Source: Pocillopora damicornis
Taxonomy: Eukaryota
Assembly (NCBI RefSeq): GCF_003704095.1
Contig: NW_020846421.1
Span: 186,001-250,000, forward strand
Length of the DNA: 64,000 nucleotides
Direction of reading: 5' to 3'
Shown here: in pieces, positions 37,347-49,500 of the stretch
Position numbering within the stretch: the first letter of the stretch is position 1
Layout: each line of letters begins with the position of its first letter
Position numbers and translations under genes: made by a program
Notes under the pieces: generated by a model
What the model was told of the DNA's origin: nothing
Seen by the model: the letters and a program-made list of their open reading frames with translations, nothing else
The model's database searches: none

Positions 37347-40300
37347 GTAAAACTTCCAAAAGCTAATCCTTTCATTATGGCACCTGTGATCTTGACCAAG
37401 GCGAAGTCAGTGGATATCGTGTGTAGAGGCTAGAAACGACTCTACGTGCCGCTTCAGTTCACAGCAATGTGGTTTATTCTATGTCGACTTCAAGTGTAAT
37501 TACATACTTGGCAGTATCAAAATATCAGAATCAGCAAAGACTGCAAGGTTTCCAAGAGGTGAAACCTCGTAAAACTGCATAATTCTCAGAATTCCCAACG
37601 GGACTTCTTGAGAGTGCTGTGATCAATTTCTCGGCATCAGACTTTTGTATTCTAAATTATTTGATTTTTATTGAATATGACTGTTAGATACAATGTTAAT
37701 TAGGCTAATTATGGCCTGTCATTGGCACCCCGCTGACAGCACTTACCAGTTCGCTTATCAACTCTTTACTTTGGCGATCTTAAGCTTAAGCCCGCAGCTC
37801 AGCAGAGGAAGCTTGTATGATGTATATAAAGAGCGTTTAGTTTTATGTAATATTCTGCATGTTATGGGTAACTTAGCAAAAATTTACCCAAGCAGTACAA
37901 TTAACAAAAATATCAGAGAGGTTTGATTCATTGAGAAAATTTATTATATGCAAAATAACCCTGATGTAAATAGATATTGTATTAAGGTGCTTCGAATTGG
38001 AGCCCTGGCCACTGTTCGTAAGAAGCTCTTTTATTACGGTTTACTTTTGTGGACAATCGATCAGGAAAACCTTTTTGTGCTCTCTGCCTGGTAGTTTGCT
38101 CGATAGCGTAAAGTTCATCTACTCAACACACGAAATTCCTAAATGAGTAATTCCTCTTAAGGTTAGGAGAAATGATTATATAATTTTATTTTTTTCCTCT
38201 GAGGAACGAATTGCAGTTAATTGGTTTATACAAGTACCTTTTTTATTGTATTTATTACAATTCCAGTAAAACAAAACCGTAGAGTTTTAGATGAATTTAA
38301 ACAATTTAAATAAGAAAAAAAATCAATATTGCAAAAATTGAATTATATGCTAGAAATGTGATTTGCGTCATGTTAGTTTCGTCTCACCATAATCTGTCTT
38401 GATCGTATCTAATGAATTAATGGTTTGACTAAGCTTTACAGAAAATACTTTGTTACGATACCGTTTGATATTGATCTAAGCACGGTTTTGTTATAAACCA
38501 TTTGCAGATCCCTCAAATTGGACATTCCATCACGGTTGAATTTTTATCGAAGACTCTGATTCATCAAAACAAATTCTTGAATTTGTTAACTATCCCCACC
38601 TCTGCAATAATTGTGACCCACTATATATGTAAACGTAAACTGAGAGTTGTATGCTGATCAAAAACGTAGTCGCATCATATATATGGACTTGGGTTTAGAA
38701 GGTGTTGCATTGGTTTAAAACCGGGAAATGGGGTGGTAAACAGATAGATTTCCATTCCATTGTAAAGCACATGACAACCAAACAATATTGCTGGCAATAA
38801 ACGCGAGAGAGCATGTAACCTGCTTCCAACGGTGGAAAATCTACTTAGTTCTTAGTTCATTCGTGATTGGCTGAAAAAGCATTCCTCTTCGATTTACAGA
38901 ATAACTAAGAGACTATTATGTACGTTTTTTTAACGCCAGTTTGTAGCCTTTACAATTTGCTTCCAACTTCAAAGAAAAATATTTGTCAGCAAAACTAAGA
39001 CCGGAGTTTTTTAAAAAAATTCACAACTCAAATGTGAAATCTTAAAAGCATTGTAATTATATAGCTGTACATTAATAAGATTTTGAACGCCCTAAATAAA
39101 CAACTGGCCTTGAAAGATGGTTATGGATATCTTTGTTTAATTGGTATCCATCGTAAATAATTGTCGGTTATTTGAACCGATTTCGTGTACATCTTTTATC
39201 AAGAGAGTCCTCTCTTGCTTCTATTTATTCATCAATCGTATGTCAAACAAGCTTATATTGGTTTTCTGTTTAGTGATTAACAGCTTGTGCTATCATTTAT
39301 CGTGTTAAAAACCTGGAGTTTTGGTTAAATTCCTATTTGCTTAGACGTTTTAGACCCTTAATACCTTTATAACTGCCATTGAAACCTAAGTATAGTGCCA
39401 ATGAGTGTTCAAGAATTAGGAAACTTCAGAAGAGGTTACTCTCACTAATTATTTCTTGCGCCATAGGCTAATTTTTTATGAAGGGTAGGTAATCTTTCCA
39501 CACATTAGACCAAACAAAACTTACGTAACTGAGACGATGATCTATGTCAGGCAGATTGAACAGTTTTTAAATCCGTTTTAGGTTGTAGTTTGTCACACGA
39601 ACTGGGCCGGTTTCTTTAGTGTAGAGAAGAGCCGAACAAGATTGATTTTAATCTCTAAGGTGGGGTAGGCTAATCTATCAAAAACGATTATGCGGCAGGG
39701 AAACAAATCGTAGTATTATGAAAGTTGCGTAACTGTGAAGTTCGTTGTAACTGTGAAGGTTATGAAATAACTGTCGCTAAAAATTACTGATGCTGTTGGA
39801 TATTGCCGACAGAATTGCTTGTATCTAAATTTGTTTATTCTTCAGTCCAGGGTGGTCCAGGTTATGTCATTTTAACCAACAATTTTATCATTTGTGGTCT
39901 TAGTCTGTTGGTGGACCAAAAGTTCTTAGAAGTTAAAATGTTGTCAGAAAATTTAACATATATTTGAATCTCATATTCAATAATAAGCCTGAAGAAACGA
40001 ATATCATTTACGCTCAAAAGCGTGACTCTGTCTTGGAATTAGTCTTATTTTTCCCGAAACGCGAGATGTGAAAGAAGCTCAGGCTTAAACGTGTAAGATT
40101 ACAGCATATATGATTTAAGCTTTTAAGTTTAAGGTTATTTGTAGCCGATATGTTTTCCTAGCCATCTGTAAAGATGAACGACGCCCCAGTCTTAAAGAAA
40201 TAGATTAATTTATACTGATACACTGAACATTATGGAAAAGAAAAATTGGGAAACATGTTTAGTTTGACTATATTATGACACAACTGGAGGAAAGTACGGT

Positions 40301-42298
40301 GAAGTAGATACCTCTAGGTGTTTAAATCTCATTTCTCTTACATATAAAAGACAAAACGTATGCCCGCCAAAGCCCATCTGAACCGCACTGCTTCTGGCAA
40401 ATTAGTGGGTATTTACTGAAAAGAAAAGTACCAACAACAAAAACAACTCTGGAATGTAGTCATTTCAAAGGTTTTTTAAGATCGACACCTCTACAATAAT
40501 CTAACACAGCTTCATTGTTTCCGAATTTTTTGGGGCTGGCGTCATTTCATTGAAAGAATTTTCGAGAGAACAATTCCCTCCTTCTCACATCACCTTATCA
40601 AACATGCCAGATGGCTTTACTTTTCACAGCAAAAAATGTCACTTTTATCTACCCGATGACATTAAACACTGACGTCGTATATCATAAAAGTTAGAGATGA
40701 CAGTATTTTAGAAATATCCAGATTTTCGTCTCATTATAATCTGAATATTTAGGGTTATTATTAAAATTCTTAAAAAAGATTTCATGAAGCGATCTGTTGG
40801 CTCTCATTAGATTGAAATTCGGAAATCTTGTTAACATCCGCGCTTACTCAGTACTTTCTAAGATTTGTAATAAAAACCGAAGTATTTCGCTGTTAAATTT
40901 TGTAGGAGAATTAAAGCTATCATTGATTTCTCATAGTTCCCTGATTCAACCGCGTTTTGGCGAGACTTGGATAAGTCGTAAATTTCAGAACAAACTTCAC
41001 TGTTGATTTGAAAATACTACCAGGTAGCCAAGCAGTTTGCCGCAGGCTTATTGCGAGATATTATATATACTTTAAGCAATTCGATGCATTAAAGGGAAAA
41101 CCGCAAAATAAGCTCTTACTTCTGTTACTTTTCTGCTAATCTTTAAATAAATCTAACAGAAAAATAGGACGTGTCTAATCACAAAGAGAGGAAACTGTCG
41201 AGAAAAAGGCCAGGGCCTCCTCACGCTGCCTGCCGTTTGCGTAAGCATGCAAGGCCCGTGAACTCCAAGCTTAACTCTTGAGAAAGACAACTTACAATTG
41301 GTACTGGCCTTTTTCACTCCTGTGAGCGCCATAGTTGTACAGCTACTCTGGCTGCGCGTAGAGTTATGCCTTTCCTCGTTAATTTTCGCCTTGGTTTCGC
41401 CGTAAGTGGCCTACTCCCGCGAAGCTTACTCATAACGCGGCTGCCACCTCTTTTCCCGCCATTGGTTGTTTGCGCGGGAAATGAGAACGAGGCCGACTTA
41501 ACTGGAAAGGACTAAGAAACTGAACACCGACACAGGCGCGAAACTGCCACTCGCACGCTGGAGTGGAAAAACTCTCAGTGAACGACTGAATGGGTATAAA
41601 ACGCTAGTTCATCACCTCGTTTTCCTACTCAGCATGTTACCAGTTCTCTGATCGAGTCCGATTCAGCAACATTGAATATCTGTTGGATTTAGAAAACTCA
41701 AAATAATTCGACAGTGTTCCGGATTTTTTATCCCAGTAGACGTAAGGAAAAGAGAAACCAAACGAATAAGTTATCAGCTCTTCACAGTGTTTTCGCATTC
41801 AGGGTGTTACTAATTCTCTGATTGCGTTTGAAATGACAATACTGGGTTTCTGAAACATCTTCGGTAGTTTTCGACAGTCGTCTGAACATTCTAAAGCATA
41901 GTGTCTTTAACAAGTGCAATTTTCTTTAATGTAGATTCCACACAACAATTCAATTCAAGCTACAAATTTTAAATTTATTAGCACAAACGGACTCTCTATT
42001 TCTCTCTCTAATCTTTATAAATCAATGGATATTTCAAGACTGGGCTTTCATGGAAAATGCATATGGTTTATATGAACCAGTCTCAAAATGTTTAGGGCTG
42101 AAGAAAAATCATTTAACAAAGTTATATTTTACGGGAGCTGGATAGTTCCATGACTTTCTTAACCTCCTGAACCGTTTTCTAAAACATGAAAAGCCAAGCG
42201 AGTTCTACACTGTCTAAGCACCTCCTACCCTGATACAAATTCTATTTCATGTTCTTCATATATTTCTTAACAGCTCATGCATACATTGAAAGAATTTG

Positions 42299-42513
42299 TT
42301 AACCCTTTAAATCCCAGAAGTGATTGACATGAAACTTCTCCCTATAATATCAATATATTATTCAGCTGACAGGTAATGAGAATATTCAAACTTATCAGGT
42401 AGAAGCTGTAGTTATCTCGATCTAGCTCCAAGTTCTCATAACTAATTTACAAGGATGTGTCTAGCAGCTAGAAAGACGAATTGACAATCAGATTTTGGGA
42501 GTTAAAGGGTCAA
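42299..42513 (+). mobile_element. TTAA-MITE, related subfamily, downstream of or within the GDI 3'UTR
   Basis: TTAACCCTTTAAATCCC ... GGGAGTTAAAGGGTCAA termini. Confidence 0.75.
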
Positions 42514-43511
42514 CAGCAAATATCTATAATGTCAAAACTCAGGTTCATCTTGTTTTGAGCATTCTAAAAAGTGTACTATTCAGCCATAGTGTCACTGAGA
42601 CAGACAAAACTAGCACATACTGAAAGGCACAGGCTGATCTTGATCTCCTATCTATCTATCACACATTTCTAAAGGCCCCAAAGCATCAGCCTTAACCATA
42701 GACATTGCTTTTGGGAGGGAGGGGGGAAATCTAAGAAAATCCCACGTGTTCCTCCAGTTGATCCTCACAAGATGGATCATATAAAACCCATTTATTTGCA
42801 CAAAAGTCTCACAGATTAGCAAAAAAATTAATGAAAATGATCAGAGAACAATTCAGGAGTGAGAGGAAATCCTAAACGTACTGTTCCATTCCCATGCGTT
42901 CCTTCTCTAAACAATGGCAAAACAGAAACTGGAAGGTCAATGAAGGAAGACTGGTCTTTTTAACTTTCATTCCTTCCAGATATACACTGATTGCAAAGAA
43001 CAGTGCTAAAAGTGTATACCCATGGCAATCTACAGGGTGAAAGTTGTTACAAAAATGAGTTTTGACTAAGAAGTTGCCAGCAAAGCTTAAGGGTAAAAAA
43101 TCACATGAATCATATAAACAAGGAATGTCAATTTTAAGAACTTCATCAGTTGTAAACCTTTCCACTCACAGAAGCAATCAGTATACAAATTCTCCTTACA
43201 GTGTCACAATACTGTTAAGTAACTGACTGATGGGAGTTAAACAAGACCATCAGTTAGACGATGATGACTTGCTCTGGCGCCAACTTCTCAAACCAACAAG
43301 AAAGAAAGTATATGGCAGCCAGTAAGGAGAATGTGGGAATGTTTAGGGTGAAAAGGTCTACCAAGCTTGGCTTTCACTAGCAAGCTATGAAGGGTATTTT
43401 TACAATGAATACAAACTACAATGAGATATCATAGGTTGATATTTTGATTGGGTTTCATCAGGTCCAAATATTTCATAATTCTATTTACTTCACAGCAAGC
43501 TTCCAAATACT

Positions 43512-46500
43512 CTATTCTCTTTGAGCAGCTTCCAGATCTTCCCGCACACTTGAAAGGTCAAGATCTTCCCCTGTGCAGCGTTTGAAGATATCCACAATCT
43601 CCTTGCAAGTTGTTTGAAAGTGTGTTGTGGCATCATAGGTGGTTGTGATAAAAACCTTAAAGTAACCAGGACAAAATTCATTTAACAGAAGGTCAATCAT
43701 TTCAGGGAAACCTCTATTACAAGAACAAGCTGAGAGACATAGACACATAATTAGTTAACAATCATGCTGAATCTAAGCAAGTTATATATTCATCTTGAAT
43801 TTCTACCATCCTGTTTTTTTGTTAACATGCTTACTAGCTAAAAAAGACCTTAACCATGTTTTTCTTCAGCAAATTCTTACATGAATTGGGGAAAAACACT
43901 CTTGCCAGGTAACATTCCCTTACCCCCTTCAACTCCCATGAGTGATCAAAAAAAAGATTCTTTCTTACAAAATCAGTACGATGTCAACCAGATAAGTAAT
44001 GAGAATAAAGAATAGGGGATAATTAGTTGATCCAATACTAATTTCTCGGAACTAAAATTAAAAGAATTGTATGGTTGATAGTAAGGAGAATTACAAATTT
44101 GATCTGAGAGTTGAAGGGTTAAAGTGTATGCTGAGTAAGAAACAAATGAAATGATACTAATCATTTGTGGGGAGCATGGCCCAGTCTTAACAGAAAACCT
44201 TATTCAGAGAAATAACTTAACCCTTTCACTCCCACAAGTGACCAAGAAAGAATTTCTCTTTACAATATCAATACAATATCAAGCAGGCAGGTGATGAGAA
44301 TAGAGAAGAATATCGATCATGGGATTATTAGTTGATCCAATGCCAAATTCTCTGAACTAACATCATAAGAATTGTATGGCAGATAGTAAGGAGAATTACT
44401 AAATAGATCTTGGGAGTGAAAGGGTTAATATAAGAAGGGATTAGGTTGGAAAATAATTTGGCTTTATCAACTGAGTTAACCTATTAACTCCCATGAGTGA
44501 TTAAGACAGAATTGCTCCTTACAATATCCATACAATATCAACCAGATAAGTGATGAGAATAAAGAAAAATATCAATTAGGGGATAATTAGTTGATCCAAT
44601 ACTAAATTCTCTGAACCAACATTAAAAGAATTGTATGGTTGATGGTAAGGAGAATTACACATTTGATCTAGGAGTTAAAGAGTTAATAATGTAAATTGGC
44701 TCCTGTAAAGAGTTTCAAAGCTGACATTTTGAGTGTTTGCCCTTCGTCAGAGCGCTACATTGAGCTGGGTCCACCTTGCGCAATGTTATCAGGAAAGCAA
44801 GGTTGCTATCAAGAAAGATACATTTAGAAAGGTTAACATACCCCAGATTCACTGCCATCATCAGTGGGAACTAAAATATCACTGACTTTCACAAATCTGT
44901 AGGATAAGAGAAGACATGCTGGTTGTCATCAAAATCATGGCGCAAAGAACACACCAGAATTGTAGAGTCTTTCCAAACATGTAAGTATATTTAACCACAA
45001 ATCAAATTTTAAACTTTTTTAAGTCACTGGAAATATTTTATACTGAAATTGATCAAAATCTACTTTGTGTTTGGAATTAACAGCAGAGAAGACTTGATTA
45101 CTCTACAACATACAGAAATCCTTTCACACTGACATTAGCACATGCAAATAATGTGTACATGGCTGTAAAATACTCAGTTGAATTGTATATCAAAGTAAGA
45201 AACCAGTGGTACTCAAAAGTTCATTTCTTAATAGGAGAGACGGACTGTAATAATTAATTTGATACAAATTTTGTCCTCCTTATGTTCCTTAGGGATTATG
45301 CAAGCATGGCTTAAAAAAAGAGGTTTTTCCATACCAGACAGCTTTTCTAGCTGAGCAATTTACATACTGCACTTTCAGGTAAGTGGCCACATATCAATCT
45401 AAAGTTGTAGTCCCATAAGGTAAGCTGGATTTCAATCATTTTTTTAAAATTTTAGTCCCAGTGTAGGTAAACTTAACATTACACAGCAGTCAAATCTCTA
45501 TGCACGTGCAAACTTTGTAGATGCTACAGGCCTGTTTCAGGGTGTCTTTTAATAAAACAAACTGCCCTATAATCAACCTCACGAGCAAGTAAGTGGTGGT
45601 GTCTGAAAACCATACAGCATTTTTAGTAAAGCTTAAAACAAAATGATAAATCCACAGGAAACTAGCAATTAAATTAAATTTGCACATGAAGGACTCCAGT
45701 TTTCCTTTTCCCTACTTTTGCTTCCTTTTAAATATTAACATGAACATATAAATGTCTTTTTCCTTTTTTTGTTTTTGTTTTTTTGTTTTGCATATTTGGC
45801 ATCACAGCAGTTGTTCCTTAAGTATTCTTTTGAATTTTTGCACAAAAATTGGTGCTTGGCTGGCCAAAATTGATCTCCATGACCAACATTTGACCACTGT
45901 GCTACTCAACCTACTTCTCTATAACATGACCCAGCAGATCAAGAGCAGGTTTCAGCTCTGCCTCTGGATCGGCTGTTTCCACTGTTGTGCTGACAATAGC
46001 TATGTAGTAATTTTTGGCTGCCACGTTGTGTGCATACGATACAACACAAATATAGATATCTAAAGGAAGAAAAAAATTAACAATGAAAAAATAGTAATAG
46101 ATAATAATAAGTAATGGTAATGGGACTGAGTGGAGTCCAATTTGGTCTGTAATCATACAAGCAATTTAGAAAACTGCACAACTGGGAAGGGGAAGTCCAA
46201 TTTGTTAATCATGAGTATAAATTACAGACAGTTTGACAAGAAGAAGTCCTGTTGTGACAAGAACATGTACACAATATGTACCATCCAATTACACAGGCAT
46301 GATGTTTACACTGTCCCATTACACTGTCCAATTACAATCATGACACCTACAATGTCCTATATGCGCTCAACTTGGGCTGGTGATAACCAATCACTTTCTT
46401 GAATTTTGTTTTAGTTTTGATTCATTTATAATCATAATTTATTTTGTCCTAGCTGGTTTTGCATCATGTTTGTCTAATGAAACATAAGTCAAACACCAAA

Positions 46501-49500
46501 AATCCAGGCAGTCTTTAAGCTCAATTCCTGCTGCTGTTTGGGAAATGAGCCTGCACTCACCCCTACAAGTCCCTTTCAGGAAGATCGAAAACCAAACTTG
46601 AGAAAACTGTGGAATGTAAGCCTTTTAACCCTTGAAAAAATTATCACAAATTCAAGGGGAACCTTCTCATTAGCTATTAGCCTTTCAATTTATGGCAGTC
46701 TTGAAATTTTGGTTTTTAAACCAAACCTTGTCATACATGATTGCATTTCTCCATACCTGATTTCCTGCTCACTTGATTTTGAGGAATGATGATTTGGCAA
46801 GAGGCAGAATCTTTGATCTTAGGAACAGCATGATCCATGAAGCATATGCAACGAACAACCTGTGTACAATGTCATATGAAAGAAAAAACAAAGCTACATG
46901 TTTTGCTAGATTTCAAAGGTTGCTGATCAAACTTTTGGTCTGTTTGGGAGTTAACCCTTTAAATCCCAAGATTTGATTGTTAAACCCATAACTGCCAACC
47001 CTGGTCTGGTGCCAGTGCTATTTGACTTATTATTTTTCAGAATTTAAATTGTTTGGAGTTTAAGAGGCCAGGTTTCCTTACATCTTGAGTGCCAGAGATT
47101 TGACAACTTCTACCTGATAAGTTTGAGAATTCTTTACCTGTTTGCTGTACACTATATAGATAGTTTAGGGAGAAGTGACATGTTAATCACATCTGGGAGC
47201 TAAGGGTTAACAACTATTTGGCTTTTGAGGAGATTGTTGCTTTCCTCTGTTGCTATGGCTATACTTGATAGGTAACCACTACAAAGCATTTAGACTGGAG
47301 TTGCAACAAAAAGGTTCTCAAAGAGGTCGCAACTGACTCACCTGGCCATCTTTTTTCACTTTGTCAGGGAAATAAGAGGGGTCACCGATCACCATCTTTG
47401 TCTTGGCAGTTTCTCCCTGTGAAGTGACACCACAAACTCTACCATTCTCATCGTACTTGATGTCCTCTATAGGCTTATCCAGCATGTATGTTCCACCGTA
47501 TATTGCACTCAGGCGGGCAAAACCCTGTGGAAGTTCTCCCAAGCCATATAAGGGATAGAGATATGGTGACTTTCCATACTGTGCTAATGAGTAACTGAAA
47601 TTTGAAAGAGAAGGGAAAAATTGATCTTAATGTAAGGGAAAGATGCTCTACCAATTTTTTCTATTTTTTATTTTTATATTTTAGTGAGGTAAGTACAAGG
47701 AAAGTTCAACACCTAAATTAATTCACAACAGCTACACAGCCTGTATTTCAAAGTGGAACAGCTCAGCCATTCTCCTTGCATGGCTTGCAAGAAAATTTTG
47801 ACTTTGTGATGGCTGGCCAGCTATCATTTCTTCTGTAAGGCAGACTTGAAGATTGAAAATTATATCTCAGTGAACATAACCATTAAGAAACAAATGCACG
47901 TATACTAACCTGTACAACTTGATCTTCATTAAAGTCTCCTTGCAAGGTTCTTCCAAATAACTGGAAGGAAAAACTAGGTTAGTGACATTTGTTGCCATAA
48001 TAATCCCTTGAAAATCAGGGGAACTGAACGCATGACAAAAGATAATTTCATTGAAAATTCTCATTCTGATACCAGACAGAGCTTGCAGAAGGNNNNNNNN
48101 NNNNNNNNNNNNNNNNNNNNNNNNNNNNNNNNNNNNNNNNNNNNNNNNNNNNNNNNNNNNNNNNNNNNNNNNNNNNNNNNNNNNNNNNNNNNTAAACACG
48201 GAAACCATTTTACATTTCTTCAATGTAGGGCTTGGTGGAGCAGGTAACAATTAAATAAAATTAAAAAAGGAAAAACATTTACCATACCTTGCCATGTTTT
48301 ACTATCATCTGGTTCAAAGTTGTTGGCAAACACAAGAAATTTGTGAAATCTTCTTTTCTCAAACATTCCCATGAGACTGGTTGCGAGAGCCTCTTTTTCA
48401 TCTGCTGGTACTTTGAAAAGCTTTTTATCCTTATACACGTAGCTTCCTTCTACTTGTTTGAATTCAAGGTATCGGGTAACTCCACTTTCAATCAAATATT
48501 TAACCAGGTCACCTAAGAACAGAATTGAACCTAACATGTTAGTGAACAGGTCATTAGCAAAAAGACTTGTGGGTGAGAAGACTGCTATACCTACCAACGT
48601 GACTTGTTAACACTAAATGTTGCAGTACTTCATTGTGACCGTTTTGAAAGGCCTTGTGACAGGAAAAGCATAGTGACAAAAAAACTTGAAGCCACTTCAC
48701 TTGACTGGTGAGCTGTGTTTGGCAAACACAAGCTAAGACTTCATGAGTAAACCATTGTATGGGCTTACAATGTAATTTCTTACTGCACACGTGTAAGAAC
48801 ACCCACTGGAAGCTTGCATAATTTCCATGAAGTACAAGCACTTATGACTATGTTGCAGTACACCCAAGTGGTACAGTACCAAGTGTTTGTAAGTCTAAAA
48901 TATTGACCATGCCCTGCTTCTTAAAAATTTACCTCCTTTACCTTGGTTGTTAGAGCATGGAGCCTTGAGATGTCCTGTTCACATCTAAGTATGATTTGAT
49001 TAGTTGTGCAACCACTTTGCTCAATTCAAAGACATGAGGTGTGGTCAACAGTTTATTTCTCTCCTATTTCTCTCCTGGTAAATTCGTTCATTTACTCATC
49101 TACATATTTTTTTTCATCAATTTCACTATTTATTTTTTCATGACACACAACCAAAAATGTTACAATTGACAACCATTGTATAATTATTTACTTGGCAACC
49201 ATTGTATAATTTACTTGGATCAATGTCAGTATCTGGGCAACTGTGAACCTTTCCCTCCCCTTACCCAACAGTAACCCTTAACTTGTTATCAGTTGACTGT
49301 TTTTGGGTAAGGGAAGGGGTAGGTGGGTTGTTGCTTAGACAATGACATTGATCTATTTACAGTGTACTTGTCCAAAGGCCAGAATGGGACATACCATATT
49401 TAGTTGATTAATGCCTTCCTCAAATAAATGCTGCATTTTAGAGCAGAAATATTAATAACTGCTGCCTTTGAATAAACACCACATCATCATGTGGTGTTTA

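Noticed and set aside
39849-39857. Gli-like site AGGGTGGTC downstream of hedgehog
   Set aside because: Single 8/9 match, not clustered; within chance expectation.
43656-43748. Upstream extension of the last GDI exon suggested by the ORF track
   Set aside because: GDI similarity starts at the phase-0 acceptor at 43655; the extension is intron read-through.
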